64,000 bases of DNA from Lachnospiraceae bacterium (GTDB taxonomy: Bacteria > Bacillota > Clostridia > Lachnospirales > Lachnospiraceae), in NCBI GenBank assembly GCA_017518735.1, contig JAFWTY010000033.1, positions 35,165 to 99,164 on the forward strand, written 5' to 3'. Positions 26,117 through 36,252 of this stretch are shown here, in pieces; positions within the stretch are counted from its first letter, which is position 1; each line of letters opens with the position of its first letter. Under the pieces are notes generated by a model. That model was not told where the DNA came from, made no database searches, and was given only the letters and a program-made list of their open reading frames with translations. Position numbers and translations under genes: made by a program.

Positions 26117-27163
26117 TTATTTTGCCTTTCTTCGAAACAGTTTTCGATATGTCATAAGTGCTTCGTAATACCAGAAAAACCGAAACGGTGATTTCATGTG
26201 CATTGCAACCAGTCGTTTTACTTCCGCGTCCTGCTTTTCCAGGAAATACGGATTCTCCTGAAAATCCGGGAAGCAACTTTCCATACCTTCCTTCAACATG
26301 CAAAGGAAGGAAAGATGCTTCTTGTGAAACGGCATTTGAAGCATGAATGAAAACAGCGTGTTAATATAAAACATCTCGGTAAACCGATATTCAATTTCTT
26401 CCGGATAAGCGGAAAGATATTCTCTTTTTATGCATTCCTCGATAAAGTAAATCATCGCAGTCATGCGGTCTTCACATTTCTGAAGGCTTACATGATGTGT
26501 GGTGGAACCTGGTTTTTGATAGTAAAAATAGTTCGGTTCATCCACATACTCAAAATGTTTGCAGCAAAGCATCGTAAGCGGTGCAAGACAGTTGTCTTCA
26601 TAAAACATATACTCGGGAAACCAAAGTCCGTTCTCATAAAAGATTTCTCTTCGATAGACCTTGGTAACCATACTTCCGGGATTCATGATCAAATCCTTAT
26701 ACAGTTCCTCGGTAAGCACTCCTGCCTGGCTTGTATTGTTGTTCCGGCATACTTTTCCGATCTCAAATGACTGCTTATCCGTAATATTGTAATTGCATCC
26801 TACGATATCGGCGCCGGTCTCTTCAGCCTTATTCAAAAGTTTTTCATAATAATCTTTCGTAATCCAATCATCGCTGTCGATGAAGCCGATCCATTCTCCC
26901 TTTGCGGCACGAAGTCCCAAATTCTTGGCGCCACCCTGGCGTCGGTTTTCCAAAGATGCGATAACTCGCACTTTTTCGGGATACTTTTCTTCATACTCTC
27001 TTAATACAGCCAGTGACTGATCCGTGGACTTATCATCCACCGCTATAATCTCGTAATCGGAAATGGTCTGGGAAAGCAGGGACTCCATACAAAACTGCAA
27101 AAGTCCGTCGGCCGCCATATTATAAACCGGTACGATAATACTTAGTTTCACGTTCTCTCCCAT
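26117..27163 (-). CDS. GT2 glycosyltransferase (soluble GT-A type)
   Basis: LSIIVPVYN, AVDDKSTDQS, GGAKNLG, IDSDDW. The start is uncertain (ATG at 27163 or GTG at 27151). Confidence 0.8.
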   Translation of the reverse strand: MGENVKLSIIVPVYNMAADGLLQFCMESLLSQTISDYEIIAVDDKSTDQSLAVLREYEEKYPEKVRVIASLENRRQGGAKNLGLRAAKGEWIGFIDSDDWITKDYYEKLLNKAEETGADIVGCNYNITDKQSFEIGKVCRNNNTSQAGVLTEELYKDLIMNPGSMVTKVYRREIFYENGLWFPEYMFYEDNCLAPLTMLCCKHFEYVDEPNYFYYQKPGSTTHHVSLQKCEDRMTAMIYFIEECIKREYLSAYPEEIEYRFTEMFYINTLFSFMLQMPFHKKHLSFLCMLKEGMESCFPDFQENPYFLEKQDAEVKRLVAMHMKSPFRFFWYYEALMTYRKLFRRKAK

Positions 27164-27172
27164 TTCCTGATG

Positions 27173-28921
27173 TTATCTTTCTCGAACAATTTTCTTGTTT
27201 TCTACACGGTATACCGCATCACATTTTTCAATGGTCTGAAGTCTGTGTGCAATAATGATCAAGGTTTTGTTTCCGTGCAGATGATTGATAGAATCAACGA
27301 TAGCCTTTTCTGTTTCGTTATCCAAAGCTGCCGTTGCCTCGTCCATTACAAGCACTTCCGGATCTTCATACAGTGCTCTCGCGATACCGATTCTCTGTCT
27401 TTGTCCACCGGAAATACGAACACCTCTTTCTCCGATTCCTGTATCCAGTCCCTCGGGAAGTCCCTTTACAAATTCATCCAGTTGTGCTTCCTTTAACACT
27501 TCCCAAACTCTCTCATCGCTGATTTCATCTTTGGGAATACCGAAAGCCACGTTTCCGCGGATCGTATCATCCAGCATAAAAATACTCTGCGGAATATAGC
27601 CGACGTTTTTCAGCCACTTACGATAGTTTCCTTCGGCAAAAATATCCTGACCGTCCACAGTAATGGTACCTTCCTGTGTCTTTAAAAGCCCAAGCAGAAT
27701 ATCTACCACCGTTGACTTTCCGGCACCTGTGGTACCTACGATTCCGACGCTTGTTCCGATAGGAATCGTCAAATCCGCATGTTCAAAAATATTCACATCC
27801 GGCATAGTCGGATAGTGGAAGGAAATATTCGAAAGGACAATTTCCTTCTTTGCCGGAAGTTTTTCTTTCGGGACTTCCATAAAAGATACGTCCACATTTT
27901 TCTCATCGATTTCATCCTGAAGATTATCCGAAACACCCATGAAGAACGGCTCGAAGTATGCAATATTGTTCATCTGGTTGTTGATTCTGTTTGCACAAGG
28001 CATAAGACGCATTGCACCGAGAACAAATACCGAAACCGTTGACATCATTTCCGTTGCATCACCACCGGTAAGGAAGATGTAAAGGAAGTATCCGATAATA
28101 CCAGCTATGCACACAACCTCAATAATCAGTCTCGGAATATTGTTGAACAGGGTATATTTCTGAACCGCATCCACATAGCCGTGACCGCATTTTTCATATT
28201 CGTGAACAAAGTAGTTTTCTCTGCCTGTAATTTTTACTTCTTTAATTCCCATTACTGTCTGGGAAATATGTTTAAACAACGCACTGTAATAATCCTGGTT
28301 GTCTTTTCCGGCTTTCTTCATAACAGGCTTAATGAACAGTTTGATTAAGAAAAGCGTCAACAGGATCAATACGGCAAGTACCGCTGTCATCAACGGATTC
28401 TGCCAGAACAAAAATGCCGCAATGCAAAGGAACACGATACTTTCGGAAACAAGTGTGAGCAGAGACTGAATCAGTGCATACATGTTGTTAACATCCGAAG
28501 TAATGGAACGCTGGATAACCGCGGTATCAGCCTCCAGGAAAAACTCATAATCCCTTCGGATATAGTTTTTCATCATCCTCTCGGATGTACGGAACTGATT
28601 GTTGAAAATGAAACGATATAGAATCTTGTATTCCAAATGAATGAAAATGTTTTTAATAATAAATACGACTACAAGCGTAATCATAATAAATATGCCGAAT
28701 GCCTTAACGGACGGAAAATGGAACAAATTGTAGACAAAGGACAAATATTTATTATTCAAAATGGAATCAGGGGTTAATACAATCTTCACAACCGGAAGAA
28801 TTGCTGCCACTGAAAAAGCCTCCAGAATCGCGCCGAACAGCATGATAACAACAAGTCCGACCATCTGCATTTTTTGCTTGCGATCCAAAAGGACCATCAG
28901 TTTTTTCAGAATCTTAATCAT
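27173..28921 (-). CDS. ABC exporter, fused permease-ATPase (MsbA/PglK-like; candidate lipid-linked glycan flippase)
   Basis: 582 aa. Six-TM N-terminal half. Walker A GTTGAGKST, signature ISGGQRQRI, Walker B LVMDEATAALD. Confidence 0.85.
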   Translation of the reverse strand: MIKILKKLMVLLDRKQKMQMVGLVVIMLFGAILEAFSVAAILPVVKIVLTPDSILNNKYLSFVYNLFHFPSVKAFGIFIMITLVVVFIIKNIFIHLEYKILYRFIFNNQFRTSERMMKNYIRRDYEFFLEADTAVIQRSITSDVNNMYALIQSLLTLVSESIVFLCIAAFLFWQNPLMTAVLAVLILLTLFLIKLFIKPVMKKAGKDNQDYYSALFKHISQTVMGIKEVKITGRENYFVHEYEKCGHGYVDAVQKYTLFNNIPRLIIEVVCIAGIIGYFLYIFLTGGDATEMMSTVSVFVLGAMRLMPCANRINNQMNNIAYFEPFFMGVSDNLQDEIDEKNVDVSFMEVPKEKLPAKKEIVLSNISFHYPTMPDVNIFEHADLTIPIGTSVGIVGTTGAGKSTVVDILLGLLKTQEGTITVDGQDIFAEGNYRKWLKNVGYIPQSIFMLDDTIRGNVAFGIPKDEISDERVWEVLKEAQLDEFVKGLPEGLDTGIGERGVRISGGQRQRIGIARALYEDPEVLVMDEATAALDNETEKAIVDSINHLHGNKTLIIIAHRLQTIEKCDAVYRVENKKIVRER

Positions 28922-29964
28922 ATGTTTTCTTTTTTGCCTTCCTCTTCTTTCGGCAAAACTGCTCCTTCGTAGACAACCGTTTTTCCGGGCTTTTTAAACT
29001 TCATTAATGCCCCATGCAGCGTTTTACTGATTCTGGGTGATCTTCCGAGAATCAACAGATTTCTTTTCTCTTTCTCCGACAAATACGGATTGCTTTTAAT
29101 CTCCGCCCTGTGCTGTTTCAAAAAACGAACAACTTCCCTGCAAACTTCATTGCCGGACATTTTACTGACCGGAATGTGAAGCATATAATCCAGTCTTTGA
29201 AAAAACTGAAATCTTCTGGCTTCGGTCAAGACGGAAGGATACTTCTTTTCCGCCACTTCGTATGCCACATCCGAGTTCTTGATAATGGCGTCATAAAACT
29301 CTTTCTTATAGTTTCCTCTGGTGTTGCTGTTATCGGATAACACAATATGATATCCGACATGATCGACGGAATACACTCCCTTCGTCTTTTGAATCATGGC
29401 AAGGATGAGTTCAAAGTCCTCGTTTAACTTTCCTTCCGAAAAGCGAAAGTCTTTCATGAACTCATGCCGGATCAATTTCGTGCAAAAGGAAGCATCGCCC
29501 AAATGAAGCATCAGGAGGCGAAAATTCTCTTCGGAAGAAATAAACTCCGTTTTATCCGTTTGCGTCGGATTCTCCAAAGCCTCTCCGTCACCGGAATGAT
29601 AAATGGCACGCAGTTGAAAAATATCACCGTCGGGGTTTTCTTCCGCAACCCTTACCAGGACTTCATACATATCCCTTTCCACGTAATCGTCGCTGTCGCA
29701 AAAAGCCACATAATCTCCCGACGCATTATCAATCCCGAGATTTCTTGCGGAGGACGATCCGCCGTTCTCTTTATGAAATGCCTTCACCCTCTTATCGTTT
29801 TCGGCATAAGCACAACACATCTCGTAGGAATTGTCCTTTGATCCGTCGTCCACAAGAATGATTTCCACATTCGTATAGGTCTGTGCGAGAAGCGAATCCA
29901 CACAGCGGTTCAAATAGGAGGATGAGTTGTATACCGGTACAATCACCGAAACCAATGAATTCAT
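28918..29964 (-). CDS. GT2 glycosyltransferase
   Basis: VSVIVPVYN, VDDGSKDNS, GGSSSARNLG, CDSDDY. ATGA coupling at both ends. Confidence 0.8.
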   Translation of the reverse strand: MNSLVSVIVPVYNSSSYLNRCVDSLLAQTYTNVEIILVDDGSKDNSYEMCCAYAENDKRVKAFHKENGGSSSARNLGIDNASGDYVAFCDSDDYVERDMYEVLVRVAEENPDGDIFQLRAIYHSGDGEALENPTQTDKTEFISSEENFRLLMLHLGDASFCTKLIRHEFMKDFRFSEGKLNEDFELILAMIQKTKGVYSVDHVGYHIVLSDNSNTRGNYKKEFYDAIIKNSDVAYEVAEKKYPSVLTEARRFQFFQRLDYMLHIPVSKMSGNEVCREVVRFLKQHRAEIKSNPYLSEKEKRNLLILGRSPRISKTLHGALMKFKKPGKTVVYEGAVLPKEEEGKKENI

Positions 29965-31154
29965 TTCCTGTCTCCAACCAAATACTGATACATCCTGTTT
30001 TGACGGATAACCTTTGCCTCACTTAACGGTCCGCTCTCCCAGGCCTTTACTTCTCCGCCTAGAATCTGCTCACACATTTGCAAAAGTCTTTCTCCCGCCA
30101 CTTTATGATTCCACTCCGATGCAAGTGTTTCGTATGCGTTCGTTCCGAGTCTGTATCGAAGATCATAATCTTTGGAAAGTTCTTCAACCAAAGAAGCCAT
30201 CTCATCAAAATGTCCGGATTGAAAAATCATTCCGTTTTCTCTGTGTTTCACCAGTGTCGGAACCGCTCCCGCAGCATGCGATGCCACAAGTACACATTCC
30301 GAATTCATCGCCTCGTTACAAACGGCTCCCCAGCCTTCTTTGTAATCACTCGTCATAAGAAAAACATCCGAAGCCCTCATATAATCCCTGACTTCATTCG
30401 GTTTCTTACTTCCGACAAATTCCACTTTATCGTTCAGGTTCTGTTCCGCAATTCCGTTTTCCGTCCTGCTTCTTTCCGCGCCGTCTCCGATTACGGTAAT
30501 GTGAAACGGAACACCTTTTTCTGACAAAATCTTCGCAAGCTCAATAACGCTCTCCGGATGTTTCCAGTCCAGGAATCTTCCTGCCCACAGAATCTGCAGT
30601 TCGGAATGATTCTTCCTTTTCTCCCATCCTGCTTCTCTTTCACTTTTGTCGTATTCCACAAACTCCGGGAAATATCCCCAGTTAAACATTTTTCCTTTGT
30701 ATGCATGAATCAGATGGAAATCATCCTGCACATATGCCCCGGAACAAAGAAGATATACACGGTCTTTGGAATACCTCGTATGATCATGGTATTTCTTCTT
30801 TAATCCGCGAGGTGAGATCCATTTCCACTGGCCCTCTTTATAAAGCCTCTCGGAATACCGGATCACCGGCTTCTTCTCTTCCAGCCTTGCCTCAATATAT
30901 CTTTCATCATCACATCCGCCGAAGATTACAACATCCGATTCCGATATCAGTTTCTTGCAGGTTTCTTCCTCGCTGTAATACTTTAAAAGAAACGGCAGTT
31001 TATCATAATCCGAACCCCATCCCATTTGGACACGTTCTTCTTCCATCGGCTCTGTCTGAATGAAGTGATAATTCTCACCGAGGTTCTCATAGAGAACTCT
31101 GCTGACCGGAAGCTGATGATGATTGATGTAGTTGGATACAAAGGTTACTTTCAT
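29961..31154 (-). CDS. GT4-type (GT-B fold) glycosyltransferase
   Basis: C-terminal EGWGAVCNEAMNSECVLVAS...ENGMIF matches the GT-B E-x7-E region. Confidence 0.75.
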   Translation of the reverse strand: MKVTFVSNYINHHQLPVSRVLYENLGENYHFIQTEPMEEERVQMGWGSDYDKLPFLLKYYSEEETCKKLISESDVVIFGGCDDERYIEARLEEKKPVIRYSERLYKEGQWKWISPRGLKKKYHDHTRYSKDRVYLLCSGAYVQDDFHLIHAYKGKMFNWGYFPEFVEYDKSEREAGWEKRKNHSELQILWAGRFLDWKHPESVIELAKILSEKGVPFHITVIGDGAERSRTENGIAEQNLNDKVEFVGSKKPNEVRDYMRASDVFLMTSDYKEGWGAVCNEAMNSECVLVASHAAGAVPTLVKHRENGMIFQSGHFDEMASLVEELSKDYDLRYRLGTNAYETLASEWNHKVAGERLLQMCEQILGGEVKAWESGPLSEAKVIRQNRMYQYLVGDRK

Positions 31155-32431
31155 GCTTCTTGTTTGGAAATACTTTCGTATATCTGCAATAATCTTTTAT
31201 AGTTTGCTGTTGCATCATGTGTGATGCGTGCTTTTGCCGCGGCATTGTCACACATTCTATGTTGCTCATCCGTACCGTTTTCTTCAAAACATTTGCAGAT
31301 GGCCGCAACCATCGCTTCCTGATCCAGCGCCGGATAAATGAATCCCTCTTCTCCATCCGCAAGAAGATTTCTTACTCCCCCTACATCTGTAGAAATAACC
31401 GGCATCGATAACAGCATCGCCTCACCGACCGAATTCGGTGAATTTTCCATAACCGAAGGAGAAATGAATGCGTTTGATTTGAGGTATCTCTCTTTCATTT
31501 CGTCGGCACTCAGGCTTCCCAAGAATACAACGTTTTCCTGCAAATCATTTTCCCGAATCAGCTTTAAAATGTATTTTCCGTAGGATCCGATCAAAACTTT
31601 TTTCTTAAGAGAATCCTCACCGGTTATTTTGTTTCCGGCTACATAAAGCTTTACATCCGGGTATTGCTTCTTAACTTGCGCAAGTCCTTTCAAAAGCAGA
31701 TGCAGGCCCTTTATCGGATAGTCGCCCTGGCTTGCAAAAAGGGAATGTTTTTCGCAAGTTTCGTAATTCCATTTTCCGGTATAGAAATTACTGCGAAGTG
31801 TTTCGTTCATAAAATGATACTGCACACCAGGATGGATCAAAGCTGTATGTTTCTTATCCCAGTCGGTTCGTCCGGTCACGTTTCCCGCAATGCGAATAGC
31901 CTCTTCCTCGTACTCCCCGCGTGTCACAAACTTTTCATGCTGTTTTCGCAGATTGTCGTTTTTTAAACTGTCCCGTAAAGTCGAAGAATCGAGAATTCCT
32001 TCGGGAAGGCCGTCAAAATAATGTCTGGCATATACACTGCAGAGTCCCTGGATTCCGATCAGAATTTTCCAAGGTTCCTTACAGGCTTTGCATATCGCAA
32101 GTGTATGCGGATACTCGGTTCCGAAAATATGAATGACATCCGGCTTGAAATCATTCAGAATCTCTTCAAATCGATTCTCGAGATTCGAAGGATATACCTC
32201 GGGGTGTGAACGGTCATCCGAATAGCCGTATGCCGTCACTTCAAACTCGCCCTTAAATTCCGCCTTCTCTTCTTCTGCCGGAAAACAGACACCGAGCTGA
32301 ACCGATCCGTCATTTGAGGACAGTAACTTTTCGGACAAAGCATTCAGCCATCCTTCTTTGTTTCCGATTTTCATATCCAGATGTTTTGCAACCGCCGGTA
32401 TGCACTGGTTGCAAACCCACAATATCCTCAT
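31151..32431 (-). CDS. GT4-type glycosyltransferase
   Basis: The ORF-track start at 32443 is a TTG. The ATG at 32431 (MRILWVCNQ) has SD GAGGAA. ENSPNSVGEAMLLSMPVISTDVGG...EEGFIY. Confidence 0.75.
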   Translation of the reverse strand: MRILWVCNQCIPAVAKHLDMKIGNKEGWLNALSEKLLSSNDGSVQLGVCFPAEEEKAEFKGEFEVTAYGYSDDRSHPEVYPSNLENRFEEILNDFKPDVIHIFGTEYPHTLAICKACKEPWKILIGIQGLCSVYARHYFDGLPEGILDSSTLRDSLKNDNLRKQHEKFVTRGEYEEEAIRIAGNVTGRTDWDKKHTALIHPGVQYHFMNETLRSNFYTGKWNYETCEKHSLFASQGDYPIKGLHLLLKGLAQVKKQYPDVKLYVAGNKITGEDSLKKKVLIGSYGKYILKLIRENDLQENVVFLGSLSADEMKERYLKSNAFISPSVMENSPNSVGEAMLLSMPVISTDVGGVRNLLADGEEGFIYPALDQEAMVAAICKCFEENGTDEQHRMCDNAAAKARITHDATANYKRLLQIYESISKQEA

Positions 32432-32439
32432 AGTTTTCC

Positions 32440-33294
32440 TCAACGATATAACTTCTTTTTCAGCGAATTATATGCTCCGGCAAAAATGCTCTTTTGCGCA
32501 ATCCACGTTCTGAGCGGTTGCAAGGTAAAGATCATAATTCTACGGTAATGATTTGCCTTTTTTTCACCCATGTACCGAACAACGATCTTACGATGTTCTT
32601 CCCGGTCTCTTTTCCTGTTTTCTTTGCTCTCGGAATACCCTCCGCCCTCATAGGACGAAACGCAGATTCCGAGGTAGCATGGCCTGATTCCTTTTTCGAA
32701 ATAACTCCTCAAAAAGAATTCATAGTCGGCTCGGATTTTGAAATCAAGGTCAAATCCTTTTCCATCCCACAAATGTCGGTCAAAAAAGCACGCCTGATGG
32801 TTCGGCATATGACGGTAGCAAACAAACTCCGTAATCTCTTTCGGCTGACTGATAATCTCCTTCGCCTGACAAAAGTAGGCATCCCCGTAGTAGATTCCTT
32901 TTTGCGGGTTTTGTGCGATTACCTCTGCGGTGTTTTTCAATACCTGCGTATCATAAAACCGGTCACCGCAATTCATGAAGATGACATAGTCTCCGCTTGC
33001 CAGATCTACCGCCTGGTTCATCGCATCATAAATACCTTTGTCTTTCCGGCTTATAATACGTATCCGCGGCGCTTCGACTTTTTCATAACAGAATTCCTCC
33101 GCCTCGTTGCCCGATGTATTCCGATATCCTCTTCCTTCCAGTTCTTCCATCAGCAACTTGATGGAATCATCCGTGGAAAGACCGTCTTTAATCAGGATTT
33201 CATAATCCGAGTATTCCTGTGTCAGAACATCCGCTATTGTATTTTTCAGTTTCTCTCCGGCCCGGAAAGAAACGGTAATCACCGTAAAGACCAT
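32440..33294 (-). CDS. GT2 glycosyltransferase
   Basis: FTVITVSFRAGEKL..., KDGLSTDDS, MNCGDRF. Confidence 0.7.
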   Translation of the reverse strand: MVFTVITVSFRAGEKLKNTIADVLTQEYSDYEILIKDGLSTDDSIKLLMEELEGRGYRNTSGNEAEEFCYEKVEAPRIRIISRKDKGIYDAMNQAVDLASGDYVIFMNCGDRFYDTQVLKNTAEVIAQNPQKGIYYGDAYFCQAKEIISQPKEITEFVCYRHMPNHQACFFDRHLWDGKGFDLDFKIRADYEFFLRSYFEKGIRPCYLGICVSSYEGGGYSESKENRKRDREEHRKIVVRYMGEKKANHYRRIMIFTLQPLRTWIAQKSIFAGAYNSLKKKLYR

Positions 33295-33304
33295 ATCCTA
33301 CCTG

Positions 33305-34393
33305 CTAATACATAATCCAGTTCCAGTACGGAACGATGTGCGTTCCCGAGTCGCGGCAGTTTTCCAGAAACATCAGGAAGTAGGCAACTCCTGCAAGAGC
33401 AATGAGAACGGTAAGCGTGATGCGAAGCCATTTTTTCGAAACCGACTGAAGAAGAGACGGAATCAGGAAAATGTGAAATACGTTCAAAAAGTATCCGATT
33501 CTGGAAATAACCGGCATAAAGGAACAACAGCAATATACTATCAACGCCAGCATATTTAACTGGAAATAAAACCGGTTCTTCTCCGAATTCTTCACAGCCG
33601 CTTTATAGCAGATCAACGAAAAGATCAAAACCGCAGCGCATCTTGCAATTTGTACTACACTTGTAGTCTGTGTATCATATACCGAGTTTTCATAGAACGG
33701 ATAAAAGAGAAAGATAATCCGTCTGTAGAAATTCGGAAACGCAAGCAGGCTGGCCGCAAAAACTCCGAGAATCGGATAAACCCAAACCTTCCATCGAAGC
33801 TTCGCAATCGGATAAACCACGAGACAGAAAAGAACTGCCATATGGAATGTCGAAGCAAGAAGGATTAACAGGATAAACTTTTCGTATTCTTTCGTAAACA
33901 GGAAGTTTACGGCGTACATGGCAACCGCCAGTACAAGGTAATAACGAATTGAGTTAAACCCAGAAAGGTAAATACCGAATACCATATACAGGAAAAACGA
34001 ATAACCGAAACGCTCGCTTAACAGATATATGGATTTCAGTGAAAAATAAATCGTTGCTGCCGCTACAATACCGAAGATGACAATATAGTTTTCTTTTCCG
34101 AAAAGGAAATGACAAACTCTTACAAAAAAGTTAAATCCAAACTCCGTCGAAACATAGCGATTCTGGCTGATCAAACTGAAAATGGAAGTGTATTCCCAGT
34201 AGTCATTTCCGATGGCAATTCGAAGAGCCGATACCATCAAAAGAAATGCAAAAATACCGAAAATCAAACTGAAGTTACGAAGTTTTCCTCTGGTCAGTAT
34301 CTTTTCATTTCCGACTATTACGGTATTCTCTTTTTTCTCCACAAGTAAACCGAGCAATACGGTTACCGCGGCAAGGATAAGATAGATTGTCAT
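33305..34393 (-). CDS. EpsG-family (Wzy-like) polysaccharide polymerase
   Basis: 362 aa polytopic protein with the EpsG hallmark ALRIAIGNDYWEY near TM2. Confidence 0.7.
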   Translation of the reverse strand: MTIYLILAAVTVLLGLLVEKKENTVIVGNEKILTRGKLRNFSLIFGIFAFLLMVSALRIAIGNDYWEYTSIFSLISQNRYVSTEFGFNFFVRVCHFLFGKENYIVIFGIVAAATIYFSLKSIYLLSERFGYSFFLYMVFGIYLSGFNSIRYYLVLAVAMYAVNFLFTKEYEKFILLILLASTFHMAVLFCLVVYPIAKLRWKVWVYPILGVFAASLLAFPNFYRRIIFLFYPFYENSVYDTQTTSVVQIARCAAVLIFSLICYKAAVKNSEKNRFYFQLNMLALIVYCCCSFMPVISRIGYFLNVFHIFLIPSLLQSVSKKWLRITLTVLIALAGVAYFLMFLENCRDSGTHIVPYWNWIMY

Positions 34394-35178
34394 TTTCGCA
34401 GTTTATTGCCTTCTTTGATTCCGTCACAGATCAACTTCCAGGCCTTCTTTTTCCCGATCTTGGAACTATCGATGTCTCTCTTTAAAAACACATATCGAAA
34501 CGCCCATAGCAGGGCAAATCCCTTATACAGGAAGGCGAACAAAACACCTCTGTCATAAAAGAACTTTTCCGTGAATCCATGAAACCATGTGGATTCCCCG
34601 GGTTCTTCTTTTCCCAGTACTTCCGTGGAAGTAAACAGTTTCAAACCGCCTCTTAAGCAATCCGTAAGAAACAGGGAATCTTCGCCGTTTGAATATTTTG
34701 CTCCGCCACCGAACAAAAGCGAAAACCGGACATCGGCCTTTTGAAGCGATTCTCTTTTCGCAGCAATGCTATATGCCGGGTATCTTCCGCAATTGAATTT
34801 GGATACGCTTTTTTCCGACTCATTCCAATATGTTTTTCTCTCCGGTGAAACCTTCATGTTGAAAAGAATCACGTCTGCAGCATCGTTTTTTTCAAAAGCC
34901 GAGAGTACTTTTTCCTCGTATCCATCGTCATAAACAATATCGTCATCCGAGAACAAAACATACTCTGCAGTTGCTTTTTCCATACAGAGATTTCTGCTTC
35001 GGCCCACGCCTCTTTCTTTTTTGGAGAGAACCAAAACCGTGTTTTCGCGATACGGAATCTCTCTGCAGACATCTTCGTCACACTGATTGACCAAAACGGC
35101 GTCTGTCTGAATATTCATTTTTGCAATCAGTTCCGCAGGATCTTTGTTCAACGCGGAAATCAGCAATTGTAAGGCCAC
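34390..35178 (-). CDS. GT-A fold glycosyltransferase
   Basis: GTG start with SD GGAAAGGA. KKERGVGRSRNLC and FSDDDIVY (DxD) motifs. Confidence 0.65.
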   Translation of the reverse strand: MALQLLISALNKDPAELIAKMNIQTDAVLVNQCDEDVCREIPYRENTVLVLSKKERGVGRSRNLCMEKATAEYVLFSDDDIVYDDGYEEKVLSAFEKNDAADVILFNMKVSPERKTYWNESEKSVSKFNCGRYPAYSIAAKRESLQKADVRFSLLFGGGAKYSNGEDSLFLTDCLRGGLKLFTSTEVLGKEEPGESTWFHGFTEKFFYDRGVLFAFLYKGFALLWAFRYVFLKRDIDSSKIGKKKAWKLICDGIKEGNKLRK

Positions 35179-35190
35179 GATAATCCTTTC

Positions 35191-36240
35191 CTACTTGGTC
35201 GATAAGTAACGAAGCAGTCTCTTTGCATTCGTTCCGTAAAGAACGCATCCGAGTACCGGAATACTCTGCGTCTTTAAATAATCGATTGCGCGCTCTATGA
35301 GTTTTCCGTTCTTCTTTCCGGTTTGTACAAGAAGAATCACTCCGTCTCCGTCCTTCAGACTTTCTACCACACCCGCATTTTCATTGATTCCGTCAACCGC
35401 CTTCAATACATCGGGTGTATCGGTAAGATTTCTGACGGATTTAAGCAAGTCTTCCACGTCTTCTTTTTTACATCCGCTTATCCCGGAAACATCGGAAAGA
35501 TATACCGACGTCTTTCCTTCCAGAATACTCTTCAGATTCTCCTTCGCTGCGCTCTCTTCCCAGTCCGATACTTTCTCTCCTCTTTTCTCAAAACAAGCCA
35601 GAGTCTGAATTCCGTATCGAACGGACATATGCTCCGGAAGATAAACGGAGTCGTCAACAGAATATGCAAAAAGCACGATCACCAGAACACAAATTAGACC
35701 CACAACCGCTCCGGTGATGCTCATGCGCAACGTTCTGTTATCAAAACGTTTTTCCGTAGCCTGGGTAGCAGAAGTAAAAACCTGTACCTCCTCGACATCA
35801 TCCATTCTCTCTCCGAGTTTTTGAATGGCGGTTTCGTAAACATTTGCAAGTTCAACCGCTCTCTTCGGATCTTTGTCGATGGCTTTTACGATTACCAGAC
35901 GGACATCGCTTTCCAAACTTGCCGTCACCTGGCTTCGAAGGTTTTCCTTGGTCGTCTCGAAGGAAAGAAGCGGAAGCACCTCATCCAGGCAGGCATCGGA
36001 TGCTGCAAGCGTCTGCCAGGTATAATCGTTGATATAGATGTTCTCCAACTTCACTTCTTCGGAATATGTAAGATACAATTCAGACTTTGCTTCGTAATCC
36101 GGTGCACCTGCAAAAACATAATTCTTCAGGTAATACCCGCCGCCGAAAACAGCCGCTCCGATTACAACTCCAATCAAAAATAACGGGAGTTTTCGAATAA
36201 TTGTCATAAACAGCAGTTTAACGTTTAACGGTTCCTTCAT
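35191..36240 (-). CDS. Wzz/CpsC-like chain-length regulator fused to a degenerate BY-kinase-like C-terminal domain
   Basis: TM1 at aa ~19-40, an extracytoplasmic region of about 135 aa, TM2 (AVVGLICVLVIVLFAY), then about 150 aa ending in VILLVQTGKKNGKLIERAIDYLKTQSIPVLGCVLYG. That tail resembles the end of CpsD/Wzc kinases, but there is no intact Walker A/A'/B set and no Tyr cluster. Confidence 0.6.
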   Translation of the reverse strand: MKEPLNVKLLFMTIIRKLPLFLIGVVIGAAVFGGGYYLKNYVFAGAPDYEAKSELYLTYSEEVKLENIYINDYTWQTLAASDACLDEVLPLLSFETTKENLRSQVTASLESDVRLVIVKAIDKDPKRAVELANVYETAIQKLGERMDDVEEVQVFTSATQATEKRFDNRTLRMSITGAVVGLICVLVIVLFAYSVDDSVYLPEHMSVRYGIQTLACFEKRGEKVSDWEESAAKENLKSILEGKTSVYLSDVSGISGCKKEDVEDLLKSVRNLTDTPDVLKAVDGINENAGVVESLKDGDGVILLVQTGKKNGKLIERAIDYLKTQSIPVLGCVLYGTNAKRLLRYLSTK

Positions 36241-36252
36241 TTCGATTCCTCT

